Shown here piece by piece: positions 48,283 to 58,924 of a stretch of DNA of 64,000 bases. Position 1 is the stretch's first letter; the number at the start of each line of letters is the position of its first letter. The stretch lies in contig NZ_DITB01000038.1 of NCBI RefSeq assembly GCF_002422095.1, positions 877 to 64,876 on the forward strand, in the 5' to 3' direction. The position numbers and the translations under genes are program-made. Below the pieces are notes generated by a model. It was not told the origin of the DNA. It made no database searches and saw nothing but the letters and a program-made list of their open reading frames with translations. The DNA is from Flavobacterium sp. UBA6195 (GTDB lineage Bacteria; Bacteroidota; Bacteroidia; Flavobacteriales; Flavobacteriaceae).

Positions 48283-48975
48283 TTGCATTCATTCCAACAT
48301 AAAAAACATCTCTTTTTCGATTTAGATCACACACTTTGGGATTTCGATAAAAATTCAGCTTTTGCATTTGATACTATTTTCAAACAACAAGGTTTTGATA
48401 TTGAATTATCGCATTTTCTTAATATCTACATTCCAAGAAACCAACATTATTGGAAATTGTATCAAGTGAATCAAATCACACACGACGATTTACGTTATTA
48501 TCGTTTAAAAGACGTTTTCGATGCCTTGAATTTTGAAGTTTCAGACGAAATGATTCATCATTTATCGGAAGAATATATCAAATACTTGCCAGAGTTTAAT
48601 CATCTTTTCGATGGTGCTATTGAATTATTAGATTATTTAAAACCAAAATATCAATTGCACATCATTACCAATGGTTTTGCATCGGTTCAAACCAAAAAAA
48701 TGAAGAATTCGAAAATTGATCATTATTTTGAAACGATTACCAATTCCGAAATGGCGGGTGTAAAAAAACCGCATCGCAACATATTTGATTTTGCCTTATC
48801 TTTGGCAAACGCTTCAAAAGAAGAAAGCTTAATGATAGGCGATAGTTATGAGGCTGATATCATTGGAGCACAAGAAGCAGGAATTGAAGCTGTATTTTTT
48901 AATGAACAAAAAATCAAAGTTGAAAATCCAGTTTTACAAGTAAGTCATTTATTAGAATTAAAAAATATATTATAG
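48283..48975 (+). CDS. yjjG: YjjG-family HAD nucleotidase
   Basis: FFDLDHTLWDF, ITNGF, KKP, MIGDSYEADI. Confidence 0.85.
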   Translation: MHSFQHKKHLFFDLDHTLWDFDKNSAFAFDTIFKQQGFDIELSHFLNIYIPRNQHYWKLYQVNQITHDDLRYYRLKDVFDALNFEVSDEMIHHLSEEYIKYLPEFNHLFDGAIELLDYLKPKYQLHIITNGFASVQTKKMKNSKIDHYFETITNSEMAGVKKPHRNIFDFALSLANASKEESLMIGDSYEADIIGAQEAGIEAVFFNEQKIKVENPVLQVSHLLELKNIL

Positions 48976-48977
48976 TT

Positions 48978-49676
48978 ATGAAGAAGTTATTTTTATTATT
49001 GTTATTGGGTTTTTCATTTTCATTTGCTCAAGGAAATTATAAATATGTAGTTGTTCCTTTAAAGTTTAGCTTCTTTAATGAGAATAATAAATATAATTTA
49101 AATGCAATGACTAAATCTTTCTTTGAAAGAGAAGGTTTTGAGGCCTTTTATGATACCGATCAATTTCCAAAAGAATTGGCGCAAAATCGTTGTTCAGCAT
49201 TATTTGTGAATGTTATTGAAAATAATAATTTATTTGTCACTAAAATAAATATTGAGATTAAAGATTGTTACAATAAAGTTCTTTTAGTAAGCGATTTAGG
49301 ATCTAGTAGAGAAAAAGAATATCAAAAAGCGTATGTAGAAGCATTTCGAATTGCTTTATCTTCAGTTAGAGAAAAATTAAAATCTATAGAAAAAGGTTTA
49401 AGTCAAGAAGAAATAAGAATAGAAGATTCTAAAAATACCAGCGAAGTACAAGTACTATCTGAAAAATTCACAGCAGTTGCAACAGAGCTTGGATATAATT
49501 TAGTAAATGAGAAATCGGTTGTTGTTTTTAATCTACAAAAAACTTCAAATACCAATATTTTTACTGCAACTAAAGGTGTTCTGAGTGGTATTTTAATTAA
49601 GAAAAATAGTGGTTGGTTTTTTGAATACTATGAGGAAGAAAAATTAATTTCTCAAAAAGTAGATGTTAAGTTTTAA
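48978..49676 (+). CDS. Secreted hypothetical protein
   Basis: Signal peptide ending SFA-Q; YKYVVVP...F and GSSREKEY motifs; no function recognised. Confidence 0.65.
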   Translation: MKKLFLLLLLGFSFSFAQGNYKYVVVPLKFSFFNENNKYNLNAMTKSFFEREGFEAFYDTDQFPKELAQNRCSALFVNVIENNNLFVTKINIEIKDCYNKVLLVSDLGSSREKEYQKAYVEAFRIALSSVREKLKSIEKGLSQEEIRIEDSKNTSEVQVLSEKFTAVATELGYNLVNEKSVVVFNLQKTSNTNIFTATKGVLSGILIKKNSGWFFEYYEEEKLISQKVDVKF

Positions 49677-49691
49677 TTTTTTTAACTCTTT

Positions 49692-50969
49692 TTAATACCC
49701 ATACTTATCTTTCCATCGATTTTTTAGAAATTGACGTAATTCTTTTTCGCGTGCATTTTCTCCTGGTTCAAAGAATTTAGTTTCGGAAATTTCGTTAGGT
49801 AAAAATTCTTGTTCCGCAAAGTTGTTTGGGTAATCGTGTGAATATTTGTATTCTTCTCCGTAGCCTAATTCTTTCATTAATTTGGTTGGCGCATTTCTTA
49901 AATGAATAGGAACAGGTAAATCTCCAGTTTGTTTTACGAGTTGTTGAGCTTTTCCAATAGCCATATAACTTGCGTTACTTTTGGCAGAAGTTGCTAAATA
50001 AATCGCACATTGACTCAAAATAATTCTACTTTCTGGATAGCCAATGGTGGTTACAGCTTGAAACGTATTATTCGCCATAATCAAAGCTGTTGGATTTGCA
50101 TTTCCGATATCTTCACTTGCTAAAATCAACATTCTTCTGGCAATAAATTTAACATCTTCGCCACCTTCAATCATTCTAGCTAACCAATACACTGCGCCAT
50201 TTGGGTCACTTCCACGAATTGATTTTATGAAAGCAGAAACTATATCGTAATGTTGCTCGCCAGTTTTGTCATACAACACTGTGTTTTTTTGCGCCAATTG
50301 CATTACTTTTTCATTTGTAATTTCAATGGTGTCGCTTTCAGTAGCATTAATGACTAATTCGAAAATATTTAATAATTTTCGTCCATCGCCACCTGAAAGT
50401 CTTAACAATGCTTCGGTTTCTTTTAATTGAATGTCTTTCTTTTGAAGTTCCACATCCGTTTTCATCGCACGATGCAATAAAGCTTCCAAATCGTCTTTGG
50501 TAAATGCATTCAACACATATACCTGACATCTTGACAATAAAGCGGGAATAACCTCAAAGCTCGGGTTTTCAGTTGTTGCGCCAATCAAAGTTACCCAACC
50601 TTTTTCAACCGCTGCCAATAATGAATCTTGTTGAGATTTACTAAAACGATGAATCTCATCAATAAATAAAATTGGATTTTTAGCGGTGAATAAACCACTG
50701 CTTTGCTTCGCTTTTTCAATGACTTCGCGAATGTCTTTTACGCCCGAATGTATGGCACTCAGTTGGTAAAACGGACGTTTACTTTCTTGCGCCATGATTT
50801 GTGCCAAGGTGGTTTTTCCGGTTCCTGGTGGTCCCCATAAGATCAAACTCGGAATTAATCCTTTGGCAATTTGTTGCGTTAACGACCCTTCAGGTCCAAC
50901 TAAATGCAATTGGCTGATGTAATCCGATAATTGTTGCGGTCGAATGCGTTCGGCTAATGGTTGATTCAT
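49692..50969 (-). CDS. rarA: Replication-associated recombination protein A
   Basis: [54 protein letters not shown]. Confidence 0.95.
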   Translation of the reverse strand: MNQPLAERIRPQQLSDYISQLHLVGPEGSLTQQIAKGLIPSLILWGPPGTGKTTLAQIMAQESKRPFYQLSAIHSGVKDIREVIEKAKQSSGLFTAKNPILFIDEIHRFSKSQQDSLLAAVEKGWVTLIGATTENPSFEVIPALLSRCQVYVLNAFTKDDLEALLHRAMKTDVELQKKDIQLKETEALLRLSGGDGRKLLNIFELVINATESDTIEITNEKVMQLAQKNTVLYDKTGEQHYDIVSAFIKSIRGSDPNGAVYWLARMIEGGEDVKFIARRMLILASEDIGNANPTALIMANNTFQAVTTIGYPESRIILSQCAIYLATSAKSNASYMAIGKAQQLVKQTGDLPVPIHLRNAPTKLMKELGYGEEYKYSHDYPNNFAEQEFLPNEISETKFFEPGENAREKELRQFLKNRWKDKYGY

Positions 50970-51007
50970 GACGTAAAATTACAAAAATATGCGATTCTTT
51001 TTTAGAT

Positions 51008-51152
51008 TTTTACCACATAGAAACATAGGTTCTAAAATTATTAATTAAAGGCATTTCATTAATTTAAGATTATATAGATTTTGCTTTGTGAACTATGTTA
51101 AGTGTAAAGCCTTTTTTACCAAAAGTCAAACTTATGTCTCTATGTGTTTTAA
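51008..51152. repeat. MITE/REPIN-like element, CACATAGAAACATAG family, copy 2
   Basis: TTTTACCACATAGAAACATAGG ... CTTATGTCTCTATGTGTTTTAAA, with an internal imperfect palindrome (AAAGGC...GCCTTT). Confidence 0.75.
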
Positions 51153-51211
51153 ATAAGACTGCCATTATTTCATAATTATCTTTTTGGCTTTATCTTTGAG
51201 TTCGATTCAGT

Positions 51212-51964
51212 ATGGAAAAACAACACGATAATCCTTTTCAGTTTACAAAAGCGGTCATTTTATTACCGTTATTTTTTGTATTGACATTATGGTTGGTCTT
51301 TTGGTACGAATTACAATTTCAACATAATTTATCGCATTTTGGAATTTATCCAAGAGAAGTTTTTGGATTAAAAGGCATTCTATTTAGTCCATTTTTACAT
51401 GGCGATATTGAGCATTTGACGAATAATTCCATCGCGTTATTGGTCTTGTTGCCTATTTTGAGATATTTCTACAAAGAACAATCGTTTATAGTTTTGTTTT
51501 TAGGAATTCTCTTTTCAGGATTAGGAACTTGGTTGTTGGGAAGACCAAGTTACCACATTGGCGCCAGCGGATTAATCTATGCTTTGGTGAGTTTTATCTT
51601 CTTCAAAGGCATTTTTACCAAATATTACCGATTGGTAGCTTTATCTTTCACCATTGTAATTTTATACGGTGGAAGTGTTTGGTATATGTTTCCCAATGTA
51701 AAAGAAGGCATTTCGTGGGAAGGCCATTTAGCAGGATTTCTTGTGGGATTAGCCTTAGCTTTAGTTCTAAAAACACCTCAATTTTCAAAACCGATTTTCT
51801 ACGAATGGGAAAAACCCGATTTCAATCCCGAACTCGATCCCTTTATGAAAAACTTCGACGAAAAAGGAAATTTTAATCCACCACCAAAACCAGAGGAAGT
51901 CATTAGAGAATATTTTACTTCTTCAATTAGAGTGGTATATGAGTTTTTGGGAGGAAAGAAGTGA
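51212..51964 (+). CDS. Rhomboid-family intramembrane serine protease
   Basis: FLHGDIEHLTNN, HIGASG, SWEGHLAG. TATCTTTG -7 element at 51191-51198. Confidence 0.9.
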   Translation: MEKQHDNPFQFTKAVILLPLFFVLTLWLVFWYELQFQHNLSHFGIYPREVFGLKGILFSPFLHGDIEHLTNNSIALLVLLPILRYFYKEQSFIVLFLGILFSGLGTWLLGRPSYHIGASGLIYALVSFIFFKGIFTKYYRLVALSFTIVILYGGSVWYMFPNVKEGISWEGHLAGFLVGLALALVLKTPQFSKPIFYEWEKPDFNPELDPFMKNFDEKGNFNPPPKPEEVIREYFTSSIRVVYEFLGGKK

Positions 51965-52471
51965 TTACTTTAAAGAAAAAGAGTTGAAAATTTTAATTAT
52001 TTCTGGGAAGTAAATATCAAATTTATCAATTTCAGCAGTATAAGTGAGTACATACGCTTTTTCATTTTTAACTAAAATATATTGATGAAATTTGAGATTT
52101 CTCACATTTAAATTTGCTTCGTAAGTTAAAATATGAACCTCGGAATTATTTAAGACAGTTCTTTTAGATTCTATTAAGATTCCATTTTCATTTATTTGTT
52201 TTTCAGTTATTTCAATGTATTGATTTAAATCAATTTGGTATCCTTTAAAATTTTGAATTAAAAGATTTATATTTTCAATAAATGTATCTTTTTCATCTTC
52301 TTTTTCAGTGTAAATAATAAATTCAGTACCTCTTGTTTTAGAATCATCATATCTTAAATTACTTGGATATGAGATTTCGTAATCGGTAGTTTTTACTATT
52401 TTTAAATCTTGACTAAAACTTGGAATTGATATAAAAACAGCGATAAATAAAATGAAATTTTTCATGAACAT
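51965..52471 (-). CDS. Secreted PsbP/DcrB-like protein
   Basis: Signal peptide, YEISYPSN, FIENINL, KAYVLTYTA, FNSFSLK pattern; AT-rich. Confidence 0.6.
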   Translation of the reverse strand: MFMKNFILFIAVFISIPSFSQDLKIVKTTDYEISYPSNLRYDDSKTRGTEFIIYTEKEDEKDTFIENINLLIQNFKGYQIDLNQYIEITEKQINENGILIESKRTVLNNSEVHILTYEANLNVRNLKFHQYILVKNEKAYVLTYTAEIDKFDIYFPEIIKIFNSFSLK

Positions 52472-52495
52472 TAATTTTAAGGAAGTTTGAGTAAA

Positions 52496-53230
52496 CTACA
52501 TTCTCTGTCTCAAAGCTTCATACAAAAAAGCACCGCAAGCCACTGAAACATTTAATGATTCGATTGTGCCAAACATAGGTAATTTTGCTTTTTCATCTAC
52601 AATTTTCAATACTGAAGGATTCACGCCTCGGTCTTCGCTACCCATAATAATCGCAACGCCTTCGTTGAAGTTGATGTCGTAAATGTGTTGCTCTGTTTTT
52701 TCAGTTGCAGCTACGGTTTTAATTCCAGAACCTTGCAAATAAAAAATCGCATCTTTAATATGGTCTACTTTACAAATTGGTACATTAAAAACAGCACCAG
52801 CTGAAGTTTTAACCGTATCACCATTCACAGGAGCCGAACCTTGTTTTTGTATGATGATTCCATCAACACCTGTGCATTCTGCTGTTCTAATGATAGCGCC
52901 AAAGTTACGCGCATCTGACAATTGATCTAAAATTAGGAATAGAGGTTTTTTACCACTTTCGATAACGCTTTCAACCATAGTTTCTAATGCAACAAAAGAA
53001 ATAGGAGCAATGGTTGCCACCGCGCCTTGGTGATTATTTGGAGTTAATCGGTTTAGTTTTTCAACAGGAACGTAGGAAAAGTTGATGTTGTTACTTTTCA
53101 TTGTTTTCATCAAATCTTGCATCAAGTCGCCTTGTGCCTCTTTTTGAACGAATACTTTATCAATTTCCTTTTTTGCGTTAATTGCTTCAATTATTGCTCT
53201 AATCCCGAATATTTGGTTGTCTTTTTCCAT
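52496..53230 (-). CDS. rlmB: 23S rRNA (Gm2251) methyltransferase
   Basis: HQGAVA, LDQLSDARNFGAIIRTAE, MGSEDRG, ESLNVSVA (SPOUT). TATCTTTG -7 element at 53235-53242. Confidence 0.92.
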   Translation of the reverse strand: MEKDNQIFGIRAIIEAINAKKEIDKVFVQKEAQGDLMQDLMKTMKSNNINFSYVPVEKLNRLTPNNHQGAVATIAPISFVALETMVESVIESGKKPLFLILDQLSDARNFGAIIRTAECTGVDGIIIQKQGSAPVNGDTVKTSAGAVFNVPICKVDHIKDAIFYLQGSGIKTVAATEKTEQHIYDINFNEGVAIIMGSEDRGVNPSVLKIVDEKAKLPMFGTIESLNVSVACGAFLYEALRQRM

Positions 53231-53292
53231 GTGGCAAAGATAGGATTTTAGTTTGATTTATTATAGATTTTGATTTTCAATAGTTTGGTTTT

Positions 53293-53371
53293 GCCACGGA
53301 TTAAAGGATGAAATGGATTTTTTAAATATTCCATTGGAAAAGTAATCCGTGAAAATCGTTTAATCCGTGGC
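53293..53371. repeat. REP-like inverted repeat
   Basis: GCCACGGATTAAAGGAT ... ATCGTTTAATCCGTGGC. Confidence 0.75.
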
Positions 53372-53377
53372 TTAATC

Positions 53378-55039
53378 TTAAAAATTTGTTTTAAAACTAA
53401 TATGCACAATCGAATTGGAAAGTTTTATAGCTTGGTCGCTCGTACTACCATTAGCATAAACTAAATTGAACAATCCATTTTTGGTAAACAATCCAAATCC
53501 GAATCCCAAACCTAATAAACGGTCTTCTGTATTGGAAGTTTTGTCTTGAAAATAGCCAAAATCGGTAATAGAATGTAAATATAAATTAGAAGCTAATAAA
53601 TAACGATACTCCGCTATGATTCCGGTAAAAGCATTGGCTTGTAAACTATTTTCGTTAAAACCTCTAATCGAATTAATTCCTCCAAATCGGAAAAGTTCGT
53701 TAATTATATAATCATCACTTTGTAAATAATAAGTCTGATTTCGAACAAATATGCTGTTTTTCTGATTCAGATTAAAACTATAATTCACATCCAATTGGGT
53801 AAAAAACTGACTCGTTTTTTGAGATGCAATCGTTCGATTTCCTGTTCCAAATTTCACAAAAACTTTTGCTTTTTCAGGAAAAATAAAACTATCAGGATTC
53901 AATTCAAGATGTTCAAAACTTGAAGTTAAAAAGGTGTTAGTGAAATCATTCAAACTAAATGAATTGGTATTTTGAATATCAACAGAAGTAGTTTTTTGAT
54001 AACCTACAAAAGCTTTGGTGTTGTATGAAAAATAATAACCCAAATTCAAATCGGTTATGGTATTTTGAAATGTAGAATCTTGTTTAAAAATTCTCAAATT
54101 CGCTTTAATTCCAATGGGACTTTTAAAGATATACGGTAACTCGGTTCCGATGTTAAACGAAGTTTGTCGGTTACCATCGTTTTTCCAATACAAATTGAAT
54201 TTTTCTCCGGTGTTTAAAATGTTTTGCAATTGTAAATCTAAATAGCCGTTAAAAGTTAATTTGCTTTGGTCATCATTTGAAAAACCAATGAAACCATCAA
54301 ATTTATTGGGTTTCGATTTTTCAACGTAAACGAAAATCTTAGTGGAATCAGTGGTGAATAAAATTTCGGGATATTTGATTTGATTCACAAATTGCAACTT
54401 GTCAAAAGTATCGTTAATCTGTTTTAAATTGTCTTGATTGAAAGTGGCTTTTTTTGCTTTTTTGGTAATTGCTTTTTTAATCCCAGCTGGAAATTTATCA
54501 TAACCTACAATGACTAAATCGGTAATATTTCTTTTAGCATTGAGTTTTACTTGTAAATCAGAAATTAAATTATTTCCAATTCTTCGCTGATTGACTAACT
54601 GTAAATTAGCAAGCGAATACCCTTTCTTCTCTAAAAGTGCAATTTTGCTCTTCATGAAATTTTCAACTTCATTCGTGGCAATAGTTAAAATGTCTTTCTC
54701 TAATTGTAATAGCGATTTTTCTTCAGCAGAAAGTTTACCTATATATATAGTGTTGTTTTTTATTGTATTTCCCAATCGGTAGTAAAAAACAAAACTGCTG
54801 TCGTTCACTTTTTTCTGTTCCAATAACTGCCAATCGAAAAAACCTTGATTCGTTAACATGTTTTCAAATCGTTTTTGTTCTTCTAAAATAGAAGCTACTG
54901 AAGTGTGTTTGTTTTCGTATTGCAAACTATCAATGGTTTTGTTTTCGATTTCAGAAGTTCCTTTTATGTTTAAATAGAAATTTTGTCCCAACGAAAATTG
55001 GAAACAAAAAAATAGTAGTAAACCCAAGAGTAATTTCAT
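53378..55039 (-). CDS. Omp85/BamA-TamA-like outer-membrane protein with POTRA domains
   Basis: Signal peptide, POTRA-like LEKKGY, loop-6-like RFGGINSIRGF, C-terminal Phe (HISFKTNF). Confidence 0.75.
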   Translation of the reverse strand: MKLLLGLLLFFCFQFSLGQNFYLNIKGTSEIENKTIDSLQYENKHTSVASILEEQKRFENMLTNQGFFDWQLLEQKKVNDSSFVFYYRLGNTIKNNTIYIGKLSAEEKSLLQLEKDILTIATNEVENFMKSKIALLEKKGYSLANLQLVNQRRIGNNLISDLQVKLNAKRNITDLVIVGYDKFPAGIKKAITKKAKKATFNQDNLKQINDTFDKLQFVNQIKYPEILFTTDSTKIFVYVEKSKPNKFDGFIGFSNDDQSKLTFNGYLDLQLQNILNTGEKFNLYWKNDGNRQTSFNIGTELPYIFKSPIGIKANLRIFKQDSTFQNTITDLNLGYYFSYNTKAFVGYQKTTSVDIQNTNSFSLNDFTNTFLTSSFEHLELNPDSFIFPEKAKVFVKFGTGNRTIASQKTSQFFTQLDVNYSFNLNQKNSIFVRNQTYYLQSDDYIINELFRFGGINSIRGFNENSLQANAFTGIIAEYRYLLASNLYLHSITDFGYFQDKTSNTEDRLLGLGFGFGLFTKNGLFNLVYANGSTSDQAIKLSNSIVHISFKTNF

Positions 55040-55084
55040 AGCAGTAAAGAAACGAAAAAAAGTAAAATAATTTTATATCTACTT

Positions 55085-55111
55085 TGTTATTCTGAACTTG
55101 TTTCAGAGTCT
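55085..55111. repeat. Short REP-like palindrome
   Basis: ATTCTGAA-CTTGT-TTCAGAGT preceded by TGTT. Confidence 0.5.
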
Positions 55112-55212
55112 AATGCAGTAATTCATCTGAATTTTTGTATTTCTTTTTTCTAACTCAATGCCAATCAAAACACTAAAAAATACAATTGCATTGAAAATTA
55201 ATAAATTATGAT

Positions 55213-55242
55213 TTGGAAAGTAAAAAATAATTCCTACATTTG
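55213..55242 (+). promoter_or_regulatory. Promoter of the rpsL (str) operon
   Basis: TTG (55213-55215), 19-bp spacer, TACATTTG (55235-55242); short CCCG/CGGG hairpin in the leader. Confidence 0.75.
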
Positions 55243-55295
55243 CAACCCCGTAAAAAGCGGGAATTTTAAACATTAAAAATTTTTAGTATTTAATT

Positions 55296-55703
55296 ATGCC
55301 AACAATTCAACAATTAGTAAGAACAGGGAGAACCCAAATAACTAAGAAGAGTAAATCGGCTGCTTTAGATTCTTGTCCTCAAAGAAGAGGTGTGTGTACT
55401 CGTGTTTACACAACAACTCCTAAAAAACCAAACTCAGCGATGAGAAAGGTGGCTAGGGTTCGTTTAACAAACGGTAACGAAGTGAATGCATACATTCCTG
55501 GAGAGGGTCACAATCTACAAGAGCACTCGATAGTATTAGTTAGAGGTGGAAGAGTAAAAGATTTACCAGGAGTACGTTATCACATCGTACGTGGAGCATT
55601 AGATACTGCGGGTGTTGCAGGTAGAACACAACGTAGATCTAAGTATGGAGCAAAACGTCCAAAACCAGGACAAGCACCTGCTGCAGCTGGAAAGAAAAAG
55701 TAA
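55296..55703 (+). CDS. rpsL: 30S ribosomal protein S12
   Basis: [30 protein letters not shown]. Confidence 0.98.
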   Translation: MPTIQQLVRTGRTQITKKSKSAALDSCPQRRGVCTRVYTTTPKKPNSAMRKVARVRLTNGNEVNAYIPGEGHNLQEHSIVLVRGGRVKDLPGVRYHIVRGALDTAGVAGRTQRRSKYGAKRPKPGQAPAAAGKKK

Positions 55704-55727
55704 TTTAAAATCTTTTAAACAAAAGAC

Positions 55728-56204
55728 ATGAGAAAAAGACAGGCCAAAAAAAGACCTCTTTTACCAGATCCAAAATTTAACGATCAGTTAGTTACACGTT
55801 TTGTGAACAACTTAATGTGGGATGGTAAAAAATCAACTGCTTTTAAAGTGTTCTATGATGCATTAGAAATCGTAGAAAACAAAAAGCAAGATGCGGAAAA
55901 ATCTGCATTAGAAATTTGGAAAGACGCATTAACAAATGTAATGCCACACGTAGAGGTTCGTTCTCGTCGTGTAGGTGGAGCTACATTTCAAATTCCAATG
56001 CCAATTCGTCCAGATAGAAAAATTTCTTACGCTATCAAATGGATGATTTTGTATGCAAGAAAAAGAAATGAAAAATCGATGGCTGCAAAGTTAGCGTCTG
56101 AAATTTTAGCTGCTGCTAAAGAAGAAGGTGCTGCTGTTAAGAAAAGAATGGATACTCACAAAATGGCAGAAGCTAACAAAGCATTCTCTCACTTTAGATT
56201 TTAA
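55728..56204 (+). CDS. rpsG: 30S ribosomal protein S7
   Basis: [30 protein letters not shown]. Confidence 0.98.
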   Translation: MRKRQAKKRPLLPDPKFNDQLVTRFVNNLMWDGKKSTAFKVFYDALEIVENKKQDAEKSALEIWKDALTNVMPHVEVRSRRVGGATFQIPMPIRPDRKISYAIKWMILYARKRNEKSMAAKLASEILAAAKEEGAAVKKRMDTHKMAEANKAFSHFRF

Positions 56205-56215
56205 TTCATAAAGAA

Positions 56216-58372
56216 ATGGCTAGAGATTTAAAATATACAAGAAATATAGGTATTGCGGCTCACATTGATGCTGGTAAAACAACAACAACTGAGCGTATCT
56301 TATTCTACACAGGAAAATCACACAAAATTGGAGAAGTACACGATGGTGCTGCAACAATGGACTGGATGGCACAAGAGCAAGAAAGAGGTATTACTATTAC
56401 TTCGGCTGCTACAACTTGTGAGTGGAATTTCCCAACAAACCAAGGTAAAATTTTACCTGAATCTAAACCGTATCACTTTAACATTATCGATACTCCTGGT
56501 CACGTTGACTTTACAGTAGAGGTAAACCGTTCATTACGTGTATTAGATGGTTTAGTATTCTTATTTAGTGCGGTTGATGGTGTTGAGCCTCAATCTGAAA
56601 CTAACTGGAGATTAGCAGATCAGTACAGAGTTCCTCGTATGGGATTCGTAAATAAAATGGACCGTCAAGGTTCTAACTTCTTAGGAGTTTGTCAGCAAGT
56701 TAAAGATATGTTGAAATCAAACGCAGTAGCGATTACTTTACCAATTGGTGAAGAGGCTGATTTCAAAGGAGTAGTTGACTTAGTGAAAAATCAAGCTATT
56801 GTGTGGCATGATGAAACACAAGGTGCTACTTTCGATATTATCGATATTCCTGCTGATATGGTTGACGAAGTAAAAGAGTATCGTTCAATTTTAATTGAAG
56901 AGATTGCTACTTACGACGAAAACTTATTAGAAAAGTATATGGAAGATGAAAACTCAATTACTGAGGAAGAAATCAACAATGCTTTACGTGCTGCTACAAT
57001 CGACATGGCTATCATTCCTATGATCGCTGGTTCTTCTTTCAAAAACAAAGGAGTTCAATTTATGTTAGATGCAGTTTGTAAGTATTTACCATCTCCATTA
57101 GATAAAGAAGGTATCGAAGGAATTCATCCTGATGATGCTGATTTATTAGAAGAAGATCAAAAGAAAATTATCCGTCGTCCTGATACAAAAGAGCCTTTCG
57201 CGGCTTTAGCATTCAAAATTGCTACTGATCCTTATGTTGGTCGTTTAGCTTTCTTCCGTGCTTATTCAGGTCGTTTAGATGCTGGTTCTTACATCTTGAA
57301 TACACGTTCAGGAAACAAAGAGAGAATTTCTCGTATCTACCAAATGCACGCTAACAAACAAAATCCAATCGAATTTATTGAGGCTGGAGATATTGGAGCT
57401 GCTGTTGGATTTAAAGATATCAAGACTGGAGATACAATGTGTGATGAAAAACACCCAATTATCCTTGAGTCTATGAAATTCCCTGATCCAGTAATTGGTA
57501 TCGCGATTGAGCCTAAAACTAAAGCTGACGTTGATAAAATGGGTATGGCTTTAGCGAAATTAGCTGAGGAAGATCCAACGTTTACAGTTAGAACTGATGA
57601 GGCTTCGGGTCAAACGATTATCTCAGGTATGGGTGAGTTACACTTAGACATCCTTGTAGATCGTATGAAACGTGAGTTCAAAGTTGAGGTTAACCAAGGT
57701 GAGCCACAAGTAGAATATAAAGAAGCGTTCACTAAAGCGGCTCAACACAGAGAGGTTTACAAAAAACAATCTGGAGGTCGTGGTAAATTTGGTGATATCG
57801 TTTTCCGTTTAGAGCCTGCTGATTTAGTAGATGGTAAAGCTCCTATGGGATTACAGTTTGTTAATGAGGTTAAAGGTGGTAACGTACCAAAAGAATATAT
57901 TCCTGCTGTAGAAAAAGGATTCAGAGAAGCTATGAAGCAAGGTCCTTTAGCTGGTTATGCAGTTGATAGTTTAAAAGTTACTTTATTAGATGGTTCGTTT
58001 CACCCTGTGGATTCTGATGCATTGTCATTCGAATTAGCAGCTAAAATGGGTTATAAAGAAGTAGCTAAAGCTGCAGGAGCTGTTATTCTTGAGCCAATCA
58101 TGAAAATTGAAGTTATTACTCCAGAAGAAAACATGGGGGATATCGTAGGTGACTTGAACCGTCGTAGAGGTCAAGTAAATGATATGGGTGATAGAAATGG
58201 TGCTAAAACTATCAAAGCTAATGTTCCTTTATCAGAAATGTTTGGATATGTTACTACATTAAGAACATTATCTTCTGGTAGAGCTACATCTACTATGGAG
58301 TTCTCTCACTATGAAGAAACACCTTCTAACATTTCAGAAGCTGTAATCAAAAAAGCAAAAGGTAACGCTTAA
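56216..58372 (+). CDS. fusA: Elongation factor G
   Basis: [33 protein letters not shown]. Confidence 0.98.
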   Translation: MARDLKYTRNIGIAAHIDAGKTTTTERILFYTGKSHKIGEVHDGAATMDWMAQEQERGITITSAATTCEWNFPTNQGKILPESKPYHFNIIDTPGHVDFTVEVNRSLRVLDGLVFLFSAVDGVEPQSETNWRLADQYRVPRMGFVNKMDRQGSNFLGVCQQVKDMLKSNAVAITLPIGEEADFKGVVDLVKNQAIVWHDETQGATFDIIDIPADMVDEVKEYRSILIEEIATYDENLLEKYMEDENSITEEEINNALRAATIDMAIIPMIAGSSFKNKGVQFMLDAVCKYLPSPLDKEGIEGIHPDDADLLEEDQKKIIRRPDTKEPFAALAFKIATDPYVGRLAFFRAYSGRLDAGSYILNTRSGNKERISRIYQMHANKQNPIEFIEAGDIGAAVGFKDIKTGDTMCDEKHPIILESMKFPDPVIGIAIEPKTKADVDKMGMALAKLAEEDPTFTVRTDEASGQTIISGMGELHLDILVDRMKREFKVEVNQGEPQVEYKEAFTKAAQHREVYKKQSGGRGKFGDIVFRLEPADLVDGKAPMGLQFVNEVKGGNVPKEYIPAVEKGFREAMKQGPLAGYAVDSLKVTLLDGSFHPVDSDALSFELAAKMGYKEVAKAAGAVILEPIMKIEVITPEENMGDIVGDLNRRRGQVNDMGDRNGAKTIKANVPLSEMFGYVTTLRTLSSGRATSTMEFSHYEETPSNISEAVIKKAKGNA

Positions 58373-58383
58373 TTTTTAAAGAG

Positions 58384-58689
58384 ATGAGTCAAAAAATCAG
58401 AATAAAATTAAAATCATACGATCATAACTTAGTAGATAAGTCTGCTGAGAAAATCGTTAAGACTGTAAAAAGTACAGGTGCTGTGGTAACGGGTCCAATT
58501 CCATTACCTACTCACAAAAAGATTTTTACTGTATTACGTTCTCCACACGTTAACAAAAAATCAAGAGAGCAATTCGAATTAAGTTCTTATAAGAGATTGT
58601 TAGATATCTACAGTTCTTCTTCTAAAACTATCGATGCTTTAATGAAATTAGAGTTACCTTCAGGAGTTGAAGTAGAAATTAAAGTGTGA
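58384..58689 (+). CDS. rpsJ: 30S ribosomal protein S10
   Basis: [30 protein letters not shown]. Confidence 0.98.
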   Translation: MSQKIRIKLKSYDHNLVDKSAEKIVKTVKSTGAVVTGPIPLPTHKKIFTVLRSPHVNKKSREQFELSSYKRLLDIYSSSSKTIDALMKLELPSGVEVEIKV

Positions 58690-58722
58690 TAAACACCATT
58701 GCAAAAAAGCAATGATTACTAT

Positions 58723-58758
58723 AAAAAACCGTTAATGTGAATGCATTACGGTTTTTTT
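58723..58758 (+). terminator. Intrinsic terminator after rpsJ
   Basis: AAAAAACCGTTAATG-TGAATG-CATTACGGTTTTTTT. Confidence 0.75.
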
Positions 58759-58820
58759 CTTATCATTTTTAGTAGGTAAAAAGTCCTTTTTTTAAGGAAA
58801 TTTTACTTAACTATTTATTT

Positions 58821-58852
58821 TTGCGATAATTAAAAAATAATTTATATATTTG
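58821..58852 (+). promoter_or_regulatory. Promoter upstream of rplC
   Basis: TTG (58821-58823), 21-bp spacer, TATATTTG (58845-58852). Confidence 0.65.
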
Positions 58853-58924
58853 CACCCTCAAAATGAGTAGTGTGCAAATACTATTTGTATTATAAATAAG
58901 AGTTTAATTAATAATTAGTTTAAT

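Noticed and set aside
58372-58384. Missing tuf between fusA and rpsJ
   Set aside because: rpsL-rpsG-fusA-rpsJ without tuf is the usual Bacteroidota arrangement.
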